Positions 18,870 to 27,754 of a DNA stretch of 64,000 nucleotides are shown here, one piece after another; the stretch's first letter is position 1, and every line of letters begins with the position of its first letter. The notes beneath the pieces were generated by a model. The model was not told the origin of the DNA and searched no databases. It saw only the letters and a list, made by a program, of their open reading frames with translations. The DNA lies in NCBI GenBank assembly GCA_022683945.1, contig JAJHSH010000067.1, positions 2,085-66,084 of the forward strand, written 5' to 3'. This stretch comes from Candidatus Acetothermia bacterium (GTDB lineage Bacteria; Bipolaricaulota; Bipolaricaulia; RBG-16-55-9; DRXL01). The translations under genes were made by a program, and so were the position numbers.

Positions 18870-20654
18870 ATGGCAACGGGAAGAATCGTGAAAGTCGCAG
18901 GGCCGCTAGTCGTCGCTGAAGGCTTAGCGGACGCGAAGATGTACGAAGTGGTGCGCGTTGGAAAAGAACGCTTGGTCGGCGAAGTGATCGTGCTCGATGG
19001 CGACTTGGCTTCGATCCAAGTTTATGAAGAGACGGCGGGACTGGGGCCCGGCGATCCCGTAGAGGGGACAGGCGAGCCGCTCTCGGTTGAGCTTGGGCCG
19101 GGGGTTATCAGTTCTATTTACGACGGCATTCAGCGCCCACTCGAAGCTATACAAGCCCGCTGGGGGGCTTATATTCGTCGCGGAGTCGAAGCCGCGGCGC
19201 TCGACCGCACCAAGAGATGGGGATTTACGCCCAAAGTTAAAAAGGGCGAGGCCCTCTCGGCCGGCGATCTTCTGGGCCTTGTGCAAGAGACGACGCTGGT
19301 GGAGCACCGCGTCATGGTGCCGCCCGGTCTGTCTGGCACGATAGAAGAGATTCGCGCCGGAGAGTTCACTGTAGAGCAGACGATTGGGGTGCTCAAGGAC
19401 GCTCAGGGGAAGCGTCACGAACTAAAGATGATGCAGCGCTGGCCGGTGCGTCGAGCCCGGCCCTATACTGAAAAACTGCCCAGCACCGAGCTGTTGACCA
19501 CCGGACAACGCATTGTAGATACACTTTTTTCATTGGCCAAGGGCGGGACGGCCTGTGTGCCGGGGCCGTTTGGCTCAGGGAAGACGGTCATTCAACATCA
19601 GCTCGCTAAATGGGCCGACGCGCAAGTGATTGTCTTTGTGGGTTGCGGCGAGCGCGGCAACGAGATGACCGACGTGCTGATGGAGTTCCCCGAACTCGAA
19701 GACCCGAAAACGGGCGAACCTCTGATGAAGCGCACGGTGCTCATTGCCAATACGTCCAATATGCCCGTCGCCGCGCGCGAGGCTTCTGTCTATACGGGAA
19801 TCACTATCGCCGAGTATTTCAGAGACATGGGCTACAGCGTCGCGCTCATGGCCGATTCGACGTCGCGGTGGGCCGAGGCGATGCGCGAGATCTCTGGGCG
19901 CTTAGAGGAGATGCCCGGCGAGGAGGGCTACCCGGCCTATCTGGGCTCGCGCACGGCAGATTTTTACGCGCGCGCAGGCCGAGTCATCTGTTTGGGCACC
20001 CCTAGGCGCGAAGGCAGCCTCTCGGCCATCGGCGCGGTCTCGCCTCCCGGCGGCGATCTCTCTGAACCCGTCACCCAGAACACCTTGAGATTAGTGAAAG
20101 TCTTCTGGGGGCTCGATGCCAATCTCGCCTATAGACGACACTTCCCGGCGATCAACTGGCTGGCGAGTTACTCGCTCTACAACGACGATCTGATCCCGTA
20201 TTTCGAGAAGCACGTCGGCGCAGAATGGAATCTCCTGCGGGAAGAGTTCATGAAGCTGCTCCAGATCGAAGCCGAGCTCGAAGAGATTGTGAGATTAGTG
20301 GGTGTAGAAGCGCTCTCGCCAGCCGATCGCTTAAAATTGGAAGTGGCTCGCTCGATTCGTGAAGACTTTTTAATGCAAAGCGCTTTCGACGAAGTCGACA
20401 CGTTCTCTTCGCTATCCAAGCAATTGAAGATGATGCAGCTTATCCAGCGCTTCTATGATCTGGGGCAGCGGGCGATTGAGCATGGCGTGGCCATTCAGAA
20501 GATTATAGAGCTGGCGGTGCGCGAGCGCATCGCCAAGGCCAAATTCATCCCGGAGCATCAATTTGAGCAGAGCTTCCCAGAGATAGATCGAGAGATTCAG
20601 CGAGCGTTCGAGAGTTTGCTGGCAGGAGGAGCGCATGCAGCGAGAGTACACTAG
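18870..20654 (+). CDS. atpA: A/V-type ATP synthase catalytic subunit A
   Basis: Start at ATG 18870 (AGGAGG 6 nt upstream). Walker A GPFGSGKT; non-homologous insert region typical of the A subunit; about 594 aa, no intein. Confidence 0.95.
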   Translation: MATGRIVKVAGPLVVAEGLADAKMYEVVRVGKERLVGEVIVLDGDLASIQVYEETAGLGPGDPVEGTGEPLSVELGPGVISSIYDGIQRPLEAIQARWGAYIRRGVEAAALDRTKRWGFTPKVKKGEALSAGDLLGLVQETTLVEHRVMVPPGLSGTIEEIRAGEFTVEQTIGVLKDAQGKRHELKMMQRWPVRRARPYTEKLPSTELLTTGQRIVDTLFSLAKGGTACVPGPFGSGKTVIQHQLAKWADAQVIVFVGCGERGNEMTDVLMEFPELEDPKTGEPLMKRTVLIANTSNMPVAAREASVYTGITIAEYFRDMGYSVALMADSTSRWAEAMREISGRLEEMPGEEGYPAYLGSRTADFYARAGRVICLGTPRREGSLSAIGAVSPPGGDLSEPVTQNTLRLVKVFWGLDANLAYRRHFPAINWLASYSLYNDDLIPYFEKHVGAEWNLLREEFMKLLQIEAELEEIVRLVGVEALSPADRLKLEVARSIREDFLMQSAFDEVDTFSSLSKQLKMMQLIQRFYDLGQRAIEHGVAIQKIIELAVRERIAKAKFIPEHQFEQSFPEIDREIQRAFESLLAGGAHAARVH

Positions 20655-22026
20655 CATTTCGGAGATCTCCGGTCCCATTATGATTGTTGAGGGGGTCGGC
20701 GGGGTCACGTTTGAAGAATTGGTCGAGATCGAACTGGCGGGCGGCGAGATCCGGCGCGGGCGCGTGCTGGAGATCAACAGAGACAAAGCGGTCATCCAGC
20801 TCTTTGAAGCCGCACAGGGCCTGAATCTGCACCAGAGCCGCGTGCGCTTCTTGGGCAAAGTAATGGAGCTGGGCGTCTCTGAAGATATGTTGGGAAGGGT
20901 CTTCGACGGCGCAGGACGGCCCATAGACGGCGGCCCCCAGATCATCCCGGAGAAGAGACTGCCCATCACCGGCGAGCCGCTCAATCCGTACTCGCGGGAC
21001 TACCCAAATGAATTCATCCAGACGGGTATCTCGGTCATTGACGGGCTGAACACATTAGTGCGTGGCCAGAAGCTCCCGATCTTTTCGGGATCGGGGCTGC
21101 CGCATAACAAATTGGCCGCTCAAGTCGCGCGCCAAGCGAAAGTCTTGGGCACGGGCGAAGAGTTTGCCGTTGTCTTCGGCGCTATGGGCATTACGTTCGA
21201 AGAAGCCAATTTCTTTATCACAGATTTGCGTAAGACGGGCGCGCTCGAACGCTCCGTGATGTTTGTCAATCTAGCCGATGACCCGGTGATCGAGCGCATC
21301 ACGACCCCCAGATTGGTACTCACGTGTGCGGAATATCTTGCGTTTGAGCGCGATCTGCACGTCTTGGTCATCTTGACGGATCTGACCAATTACGCCGAGG
21401 CGCTGCGCGAGGTGAGCGCCGCCCGTAAAGAGATCCCCGGACGGCGCGGCTACCCCGGCTATATGTACACCGACTTAAGTACTATTTATGAGCGCGCGGG
21501 ACGAATCAAGGGCAAGAAGGGTTCTATTACTCAGATGCCCATCTTGACGATGCCTCAAGACGACAAGACCCATCCCATCCCTGATCTGACGGGCTATATT
21601 ACCGAAGGTCAGCTCTTTCTCTCTCGAGAGCTGCACCGCAAGGGCATCTATCCCCCGTTTGACGTGCTGCCCTGTCTGTCGCGCTTGAAAGACAAGGGCA
21701 TCGGGAAGGGCAAGACCAGAGAAGACCACGCCGGCGTGCTCAACCAACTCTATGCTGCCTATGCGCGCGGCATAGACGTCCGCGAGATGGCCGCGATCTT
21801 AGGCGAGGCTGCTCTGAGCAAATCCGACAAACTCTACTGGAGATTCTCGGACGAGTTCGAGCGGCGCTTTATTCAGCAAGGCGAATACGAAGACCGGACG
21901 ATTATTCAGACGTTGACGATCGGTTGGGAGCTATTGAGTATGTTGCCGCGCGGCGAGCTCAAGCGTGTGCGGGACGAGTTTATTGAGAAATATCTGCCCA
22001 AGCAAGCCGAGACCGTCGCAGCGTAA
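20635..22026 (+). CDS. atpB: A/V-type ATP synthase subunit B
   Basis: 463 aa, regulatory B-subunit similarity throughout (SGSGLPHN..., [12 protein letters not shown]). Confidence 0.95.
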   Translation: MQREYTSISEISGPIMIVEGVGGVTFEELVEIELAGGEIRRGRVLEINRDKAVIQLFEAAQGLNLHQSRVRFLGKVMELGVSEDMLGRVFDGAGRPIDGGPQIIPEKRLPITGEPLNPYSRDYPNEFIQTGISVIDGLNTLVRGQKLPIFSGSGLPHNKLAAQVARQAKVLGTGEEFAVVFGAMGITFEEANFFITDLRKTGALERSVMFVNLADDPVIERITTPRLVLTCAEYLAFERDLHVLVILTDLTNYAEALREVSAARKEIPGRRGYPGYMYTDLSTIYERAGRIKGKKGSITQMPILTMPQDDKTHPIPDLTGYITEGQLFLSRELHRKGIYPPFDVLPCLSRLKDKGIGKGKTREDHAGVLNQLYAAYARGIDVREMAAILGEAALSKSDKLYWRFSDEFERRFIQQGEYEDRTIIQTLTIGWELLSMLPRGELKRVRDEFIEKYLPKQAETVAA

Positions 22027-22049
22027 AGCGTAAGAGGAAGTGAGAGACG

Positions 22050-22682
22050 ATGGCCGTCGCTCAACGAGTGAACGCAACCCGGATGGAGTTGCTCAAACAG
22101 AAGAAGCGTTTGGCGATGGCCAAGCGTGGGCATAAACTCTTGAAACAGAAGCGCGACGAGCTGATGCACCGATTCTTGCAGTTGGTCGAAGAGACGCGCG
22201 GCTTGCGCGAGCGCGTTGAAGAAAAGCTAGCCCGTGGGTTTCGCAGCTTCTTGCTCGCTCGCGCGGAGATGTCCAAAGAATTCATGGAAGAAGCTCTGAT
22301 GACGGGCGCGAGCAGCAACGGTGCGCTGCGCTTGCGCACCGAATCGGTGATGAGCGTCTGGGTGCCGCGCTTCGATTATGCTGATCGTCGCGACATCTAT
22401 GCCTACGGGTTTGCGGCTACTTCGGCAGAATTAGATACGGCACTGACGCTCTTTCAAGAAGTGCTGCCGGAGATGATCAAGCTCGCAGAGATCGAGAAGT
22501 CTCTAGAGCTGTTAGCAGAAGAGATCGAGACGACGCGCCGCAGAGTGAACGCGCTGGAGCGCGTGCTGATCCCGCAGATTGATGAGAATATCAAGAGAAT
22601 TTCGATGGCCTTGGACGAGATGGAGCGCAGCAGCCGGGCGTCGCTGATGCGGATTAAAGAGATCATTCGCGGTGAGGCTTAG
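22050..22682 (+). CDS. atpD: A/V-type ATP synthase subunit D
   Basis: 210 aa; MAVAQRVNATRMELLKQKKRLAMAKRGHKLLKQKRDELM is the typical subunit-D N-terminus. Confidence 0.9.
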   Translation: MAVAQRVNATRMELLKQKKRLAMAKRGHKLLKQKRDELMHRFLQLVEETRGLRERVEEKLARGFRSFLLARAEMSKEFMEEALMTGASSNGALRLRTESVMSVWVPRFDYADRRDIYAYGFAATSAELDTALTLFQEVLPEMIKLAEIEKSLELLAEEIETTRRRVNALERVLIPQIDENIKRISMALDEMERSSRASLMRIKEIIRGEA

Positions 22683-22686
22683 GGGG

Positions 22687-22773
22687 TGCCGAGGGCGGGA
22701 CTCGAACCCGCACGGAGGGTTGGCCCCCAACGGATTTTAAGTCCGTAGCGTCTGCCGATTCCGCCACCCCGGC
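22687..22773 (-). tRNA. tRNA-Leu (anticodon TAA), long variable arm, CCA not encoded
   Basis: Reverse complement GCCGGGGTGGCGGAATCGGCAGACGCTACGGACTTAAAATCCGTTGGGGGCCAACCCTCCGTGCGGGTTCGAGTCCCGCCCTCGGCA folds as a cloverleaf (7-bp acceptor with one G-U, anticodon loop CTTAAAA, T-arm GCGGG/CCCGC) and closely resembles E. coli tRNA-Leu. Confidence 0.8.
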
Positions 22774-22848
22774 TGGAGCGGGTGACGGGATTTGAACCCG
22801 CGACCTTCTGCATGGCAAGCAGACGCTCTACCGCTGAGCTACACCCGC
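22774..22848 (-). tRNA. tRNA-Gly (anticodon GCC), CCA encoded
   Basis: Reverse complement GCGGGTGTAGCTCAGCGGTAGAGCGTCTGCTTGCCATGCAGAAGGTCGCGGGTTCAAATCCCGTCACCCGCTCCA; anticodon loop TTGCCAT. Its 3' CCA directly abuts the 5' G of tRNA-Leu. Confidence 0.8.
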
Positions 22849-22937
22849 ATCGGTGCTGCTTATTGTATGAAGCTAACACCCACTTGTCAAGCCTCCCTCT
22901 TTCTTGATAGAATTTTCTTAACATAAAGGAGGCTCCT

Positions 22938-23600
22938 ATGAGACTGATGCGGCTCTCTCTGGTGATGGCGTTGCTCCTGAGCGTTGCGATCGGACTGACA
23001 GCGCTGGCTGACCGAAAACCCATCGAGCGCTTGGTTCAAGATCTCTACGACGGGATTCCCGAGTTTCGCTTGGCCAACGCGCGCGCGCTCGTCGCGGCTT
23101 ATCTTTTCATCGGGCGGACTTTGGAAGATTTGAACCCCATTATTCAAAAAATCGAAAAAGAGCGCGGTTTCAGAGAGTTGCGCCAAGCGGTCGAAGAGGC
23201 CCGTCAGGGCAAGGGAATTCGCGCCTGCTGGGATCTGGTCGCGCCGGAGCCTGCCGTTGTAGGCGGCATAGATTTGCGCACGAAGACCGTCAAAGAGTTA
23301 GAAGGACTGGCGCTCTTTGGCGCAACGCCTCAACTGCGCGAAGCTGCCGCCAAGATGCTCATCCATAAATATCTGACCCCGAAGACGAAGCTCTACGCCG
23401 AATGGTACACCTATAGAATCAAAGCCGAACCGGATTTTGATGCTGTCAAAGTGCAGTTCTATCTCTGGACGGTCGGGGCGATGCCCACCGCGCGAGAGCT
23501 TATCCATCTGGCGCTCTTTCCCCTCTCGCAGATCTTCTTCGCCGAGTTCTTGATCACGCTGCCCGACAGCCAAGTCCGCGCCAAGCTCAAGTGCCCCTAA
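22938..23600 (+). CDS. Secreted hypothetical protein (signal peptide)
   Basis: 220 aa; MRLMRLSLVMALLLSVAIGLTALA signal peptide; AGGAGG upstream; no recognised domain. Confidence 0.4.
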   Translation: MRLMRLSLVMALLLSVAIGLTALADRKPIERLVQDLYDGIPEFRLANARALVAAYLFIGRTLEDLNPIIQKIEKERGFRELRQAVEEARQGKGIRACWDLVAPEPAVVGGIDLRTKTVKELEGLALFGATPQLREAAAKMLIHKYLTPKTKLYAEWYTYRIKAEPDFDAVKVQFYLWTVGAMPTARELIHLALFPLSQIFFAEFLITLPDSQVRAKLKCP

Positions 23601-24277
23601 AGCGTCAGCGCACGTTGCAGCTCCGACAGCGACACGGCGGCAGCTTGGTGCTCAGCTACGATGCGCCCTTTGTCCAAAATAAGTATTCTATCGCATAGTT
23701 TCAGCGCGCGCTGCGGGCTCTGCTCGGCGAGCAAGACCCCTGCGTTCTGAGACTTCAGCTCGGCCACCAGAGCAGCTACGGCGGGAAGAAGCGCAGTCAT
23801 CAGGCCCTCCATCGGCTCGTCTAAGAGAGCATATTGGGGATTTGCCAAGAAGACTCGCGCGAGGGCGAGCATCTGTTGTTCACCGCCGCTGAGCGTCCCT
23901 GCCTTCTGCGCAAGGCGCTCCTCCAGCTTCGAGAAGATCATCTGAAATTCGCTCGTATCACCCGTCGTTTTGCGTCCGACTAAGAGAAGATTCTCGCGCA
24001 CGCTGAGATCGGTGAAAACTTTCGCTTCTTGGGTAGCGTAAACAACTCCCAAGCGAGCAATCTGAAAGGGGGCGAGTCGAGAGATCTCTTGGCCATCGAG
24101 CGTGATGGTCCCAGCGTGAAGATCGTTTAAGCGCAAGATGCTCTTGAGCGTCGTCGTCTTGCCCATGCCGTTGCGCCCCAACAGTCCGACGATCTCACCG
24201 CGGCGAACCGCGAGCGAAAGCCCCTGTAATACCAGATCGTTGCCGTAGCCCGAGAAGATCTTTTTGAGTTCCAGCAT
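23597..24277 (-). CDS. livF: Branched-chain amino acid ABC transporter ATP-binding protein (LivF-like)
   Basis: Walker A GRNGMGKTT, signature LSGGEQQML, Walker B LLDEP. Confidence 0.85.
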   Translation of the reverse strand: MLELKKIFSGYGNDLVLQGLSLAVRRGEIVGLLGRNGMGKTTTLKSILRLNDLHAGTITLDGQEISRLAPFQIARLGVVYATQEAKVFTDLSVRENLLLVGRKTTGDTSEFQMIFSKLEERLAQKAGTLSGGEQQMLALARVFLANPQYALLDEPMEGLMTALLPAVAALVAELKSQNAGVLLAEQSPQRALKLCDRILILDKGRIVAEHQAAAVSLSELQRALTL

Positions 24278-24289
24278 TTTATTTATTAT

Positions 24290-25006
24290 TTAACTTATGA
24301 AATCGTAGACGCCCTGGACACGCGCATCCAGACGGATCTCTTGAGGCGTCCCTTCGGCCAACACCCGACCCTGATGCAAGACTGTGACGAGATCGGCCAG
24401 CGCGCGCACCACGGTCATATCGTGCTCGACGATCAGAAGCGTCTGTTGCTTTGCTTTGAGATCCAGCAAGAGTCGGACGATGCTCTCGGTCTCGGGCTGG
24501 CTGAGCCCGGCGGTCGGCTCATCGAGCAAACAGAGTCTAGGTTCTTGAGCGATGGCTAGCGCCAGTTCAACGAGTCGCCGCTCGCCGTGCGAGAGCTCTC
24601 GCGCTCGACGGTGCGCCTGCTCACACAAGCCAAGGCGCGCCAACAGCGCGCGCAGCGCCTCTGAGTTTGCCGAACAGAGCCGCCCGCGAGCGAGGGCCGC
24701 GCGCAGGGCTTCTTCTACGGTCAGGTCCTCAAAGAGATGGGAGATCTGAAATGTTCGTACTAACCCCAAACGTGCAATCTGATGGGGCATCAGCCTTACG
24801 AGAGAATCTCCTCCAAAGAGAATAGTTCCGTCATCGGGAGCGAGTGCGCCGGAGAGCAGGTTGAGCAGTGTGCTTTTGCCTGCGCCGTTGGGGCCGATGA
24901 CGGCGCGAGTCTCGCCGCGTCGCAGCGTCAGCGTCACGTTGTCTATGGCGCGCAGACCGCCGAAAGATCTGCGCAGATTTACGGTTTGCAGAATGACATC
25001 GCGCAT
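24290..25006 (-). CDS. livG: Branched-chain amino acid ABC transporter ATP-binding protein (LivG-like)
   Basis: Walker A GPNGAGKST, signature LSHGERRLVELA, Walker B LLDEP. Start at Met 10 of the ORF-track call (MRDVILQTVNL), matching LivG N-termini. Confidence 0.85.
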   Translation of the reverse strand: MRDVILQTVNLRRSFGGLRAIDNVTLTLRRGETRAVIGPNGAGKSTLLNLLSGALAPDDGTILFGGDSLVRLMPHQIARLGLVRTFQISHLFEDLTVEEALRAALARGRLCSANSEALRALLARLGLCEQAHRRARELSHGERRLVELALAIAQEPRLCLLDEPTAGLSQPETESIVRLLLDLKAKQQTLLIVEHDMTVVRALADLVTVLHQGRVLAEGTPQEIRLDARVQGVYDFIS

Positions 25007-25200
25007 AGAGAACAGCCACCTGTTGGCTATCATTCTAGCGTATCTCGGAAGATAGGTCGAGAGGCATGGGGCTCTGCGCCTATAGAGCTGGCGGCAGATA
25101 CCCCAAGGCCGAGACCGATTTCAGCAGGATGAAGACAGTGGCTTAGAAGAAGATCTAAGGGCCAAAGATGGAACAGCTATCTCTTAAGACGCTGGAGTAT

Positions 25201-26271
25201 CTAGCGCGCGCGGCTCTCCAAGGCCTGCCATAGCCCGGCATAATCGCCCCGCGGGTTCCAGAAGAGATAGCTCTCTATGCCAAGTTCGTGCGCCGCACGC
25301 AATTGCGCCTGAATATATTGTGTATAAGTCATGGTTGCAGGAATGCGCATCTCGAAAGCCTGCAAGAAGGGCCGCAACGAGAGCCCGCGCTCCTGCCCAG
25401 CCGAGATCGCTTTCTTGATAGTGCCATATGGATCCGCACGAAGCGCTTCGGTCTCATAGTGCGAGGGGTAGATCATCGGCGAGAGGACATTCACATAGCG
25501 CTGAAAGGTCTCCAAGTGTTGCCCGATGGGATCTATCTTTTTCAGATTCCAAGACCAGAGCGCCCGCCCGAAGACGTCGGCCGAGAGCGCGATCTTCTTA
25601 TGAAGCTCTCTGTGTGCACGCTGCAAGAAACGCTCAATAGCCGCGTAACGCTCAGCGTAGATGGGTTGATAAACTCCACCGTCGGGCCAGCGCACATAGT
25701 CAAACTGTATCTCGTCAAAGCCCAGCATGGCTACTTCCTCAGCAATGGCTAAATTATATTCTTGCACGCGCTCGTCGGCTGGGGAGACCCAACGCCCCGA
25801 CTCGCGCTCTGTCTTCAGCGCATCTAAATATTGCGCCAGTTTGGGATCGTAGAAGAGCACTTGACGGGCGATGAGATAGAAGCCCTGTGCTTTGAGCTGG
25901 GGGAGCAGTTCGCCTAATTTCAGTATGGGCCGCCGCGCGCCGATCTTCTGGACTAAAGAGACTTTTGTGTCATAATAGACCAGACCGTGATTATCTTTGA
26001 TGTCAATGACCAATGCGTTAAAACCGACGCGTCGCGCGTTCTCCGTGATCGTTTGGAGCTTTTTGGGATGGGCTGCGACGTGAGCGGGCAGATAGACTCC
26101 ACGGATAGGCTTATGCGCAACGGACGGCGCTGCAGGCACGGGAATCTGAGCCGGCTGCGCGACCAACAGCAAGAGCGCCAGCGTCGCCAGTACAAACCCT
26201 GCTCCCAAGAGACCGAAGATTCTCCAGATGCGGATGCGAAAGAAACGATAAGTGTTTTTCAAACAGGCCAA
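25201..26271 (-). CDS. Membrane-anchored putative glycoside-hydrolase-like TIM-barrel protein (DUF4015/GHL-type), hypothetical
   Basis: 356 aa; N-terminal TM anchor (IFGLLGAGFVLATLALLLLVA), then a domain resembling uncharacterised GH-like families (GVYLPAH..., NALVIDIKD, FDEIQFDYVRWPD). Weak assignment. Confidence 0.4.
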   Translation of the reverse strand: MACLKNTYRFFRIRIWRIFGLLGAGFVLATLALLLLVAQPAQIPVPAAPSVAHKPIRGVYLPAHVAAHPKKLQTITENARRVGFNALVIDIKDNHGLVYYDTKVSLVQKIGARRPILKLGELLPQLKAQGFYLIARQVLFYDPKLAQYLDALKTERESGRWVSPADERVQEYNLAIAEEVAMLGFDEIQFDYVRWPDGGVYQPIYAERYAAIERFLQRAHRELHKKIALSADVFGRALWSWNLKKIDPIGQHLETFQRYVNVLSPMIYPSHYETEALRADPYGTIKKAISAGQERGLSLRPFLQAFEMRIPATMTYTQYIQAQLRAAHELGIESYLFWNPRGDYAGLWQALESRAR

Positions 26272-26342
26272 CTCCTCAGCGTCAGAGCGGGCCTCCGAAT
26301 CGTTTATAATCTAGAGCCACAGAAGGAGACAACCAAGGTCAT

Positions 26343-27587
26343 ATGTCCATTCTCCTAGAGAAAGCCCGCCAGTTGCTGGCAGAGCGAGAGCTCTGTGATC
26401 ACTGTCTGGGACGGTTCTTCTCGTCGTTGGGGTCCGGGCTGCGCAATCGCGAGCGCGGACGCGCCCTGCGCGTTGTGCTGCAGATGGAAGACCGCTCGAT
26501 AGCGCTCTCCCAGAATCACTGCGCTCTCTGTCAGGGGATCTTTACCAACGTGAGCAACTGGGCCGAGCGCGCCGTGACGGCCGTGTCGAATCTAGAGTTT
26601 CAGACATATCTGATGGGGACGCGCGTACCCACAGAGATCGAAGTCGTCGAACAGGCCCTTCAGCAAAAATTTGAACTGCGAGGCGAGCCGTTCAAGCAGG
26701 AGTTCAATCGCGAGGTGGGGCGTCTGTTCGGTACGCTCTTGGCCGAGCGCGGCCACCCCGTCCAAGTAGACTTTCGCGAGCCACAGATCGTTCTGGTCAT
26801 GGACTTAGAGAAATCTGAGCTGGCGCTTCAGATCAATTCGCTCTTTATCTATGGGCGCTATCGAAAGCTGGTGCGGACGATCCCTCAAACCAAGTGGCCC
26901 TGTCGGTCGTGTCGGGGGCGGGGCTGTCGAGAGTGCGACTTCACGGGCAAGACTTATCCAGAGAGCGTAGAAGAACTCATCAGTCCGCCGCTGTTGCGCG
27001 AGACCCACGGGAGTGGGACGGCCTTTCACGGCGCGGGACGAGAAGATATAGACGCCCTGATGTTGGGAAATGGTCGTCCCTTTGTCATAGAGATCAAAGA
27101 ACCAAAAGTTCGAACGCTCGATCTAGAGCTTCTCCACGGAGAGATCAACGAGCGCGCTCTAGGCAAGATAGAAGTCTCTCAGTTGCAATTTGTTCCCAGT
27201 TCCGTTGTCGAGCGCCTGAAGAATTTAGAAGCCGAGAAGCTCTACGAAGCGCGAGTGCGGTTCTCTAAAAAAATTAGCCCAACTTGTCTGCACGAAGCCT
27301 TCGCGATGCTCCAAAAGACTCCGATTCAACAAAGAACACCCCAGCGGGTGAGCCATCGCCGCGCCGATCTGGTGCGCACACGGCGGGTTCTAGAGATCTC
27401 CGGTGAGCTCACCAGTCCGACCGAAGCGCTGGTTAGAGTTCACAGCGAGGGCGGGCTTTATATCAAAGAGCTCATATCGGGCGACGGTGGGCGAACGAAG
27501 CCCAGCCTCAGTGAGCTATTGCAGACGCCCGCCGAAGTGATAGAACTGAACGTCTTGGAGGTCATCGGGGATTTTTTGTCAAAATAG
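26343..27587 (+). CDS. tRNA pseudouridine synthase Pus10-like protein (archaeal/eukaryal type)
   Basis: 414 aa. N-terminal zinc-ribbon Cys pairs (CDHC...CALC; CRSCRGRGCREC), GAGREDIDALMLGNGRPF (Pus10 catalytic-Asp motif as recalled), and YIKELISGDGGRTKPS (Pus10 thumb-loop signature as recalled). Confidence 0.65.
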   Translation: MSILLEKARQLLAERELCDHCLGRFFSSLGSGLRNRERGRALRVVLQMEDRSIALSQNHCALCQGIFTNVSNWAERAVTAVSNLEFQTYLMGTRVPTEIEVVEQALQQKFELRGEPFKQEFNREVGRLFGTLLAERGHPVQVDFREPQIVLVMDLEKSELALQINSLFIYGRYRKLVRTIPQTKWPCRSCRGRGCRECDFTGKTYPESVEELISPPLLRETHGSGTAFHGAGREDIDALMLGNGRPFVIEIKEPKVRTLDLELLHGEINERALGKIEVSQLQFVPSSVVERLKNLEAEKLYEARVRFSKKISPTCLHEAFAMLQKTPIQQRTPQRVSHRRADLVRTRRVLEISGELTSPTEALVRVHSEGGLYIKELISGDGGRTKPSLSELLQTPAEVIELNVLEVIGDFLSK

Positions 27588-27628
27588 ACACATACGTCCC
27601 GCTTAAATAAACCACCAAGCGATCATTC
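27584..27628. repeat. Direct repeat copy 1 (about 45-50 bp), begins at the pus10 stop codon
   Basis: ATAGACA..CCCGCTTA..AATAAACCACCAAGCGATCATTC matches 29455-29505, with one mismatch in the 23-nt core. Confidence 0.7.
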
Positions 27629-27754
27629 TAGAGGGCGAGACCGGGGGCTTCGCGCGCGTTCACTAAGACCGGCAAGATCCTTGGCGGAACCATCGTGGCG
27701 TGCCACGCAAGAGGGAGATAGAGCGACAAAACACGTATGACGCCGAAGTTGGCT

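Noticed and set aside
18870-20654. Possible intein in the V/A-ATPase A subunit
   Set aside because: Length (about 594 aa) and continuous similarity are normal; there is no insertion after the P-loop.
22679-23023. 114-aa minus-strand ORF
   Set aside because: It overlaps both tRNA genes; its translation is an artifact of tRNA sequence.
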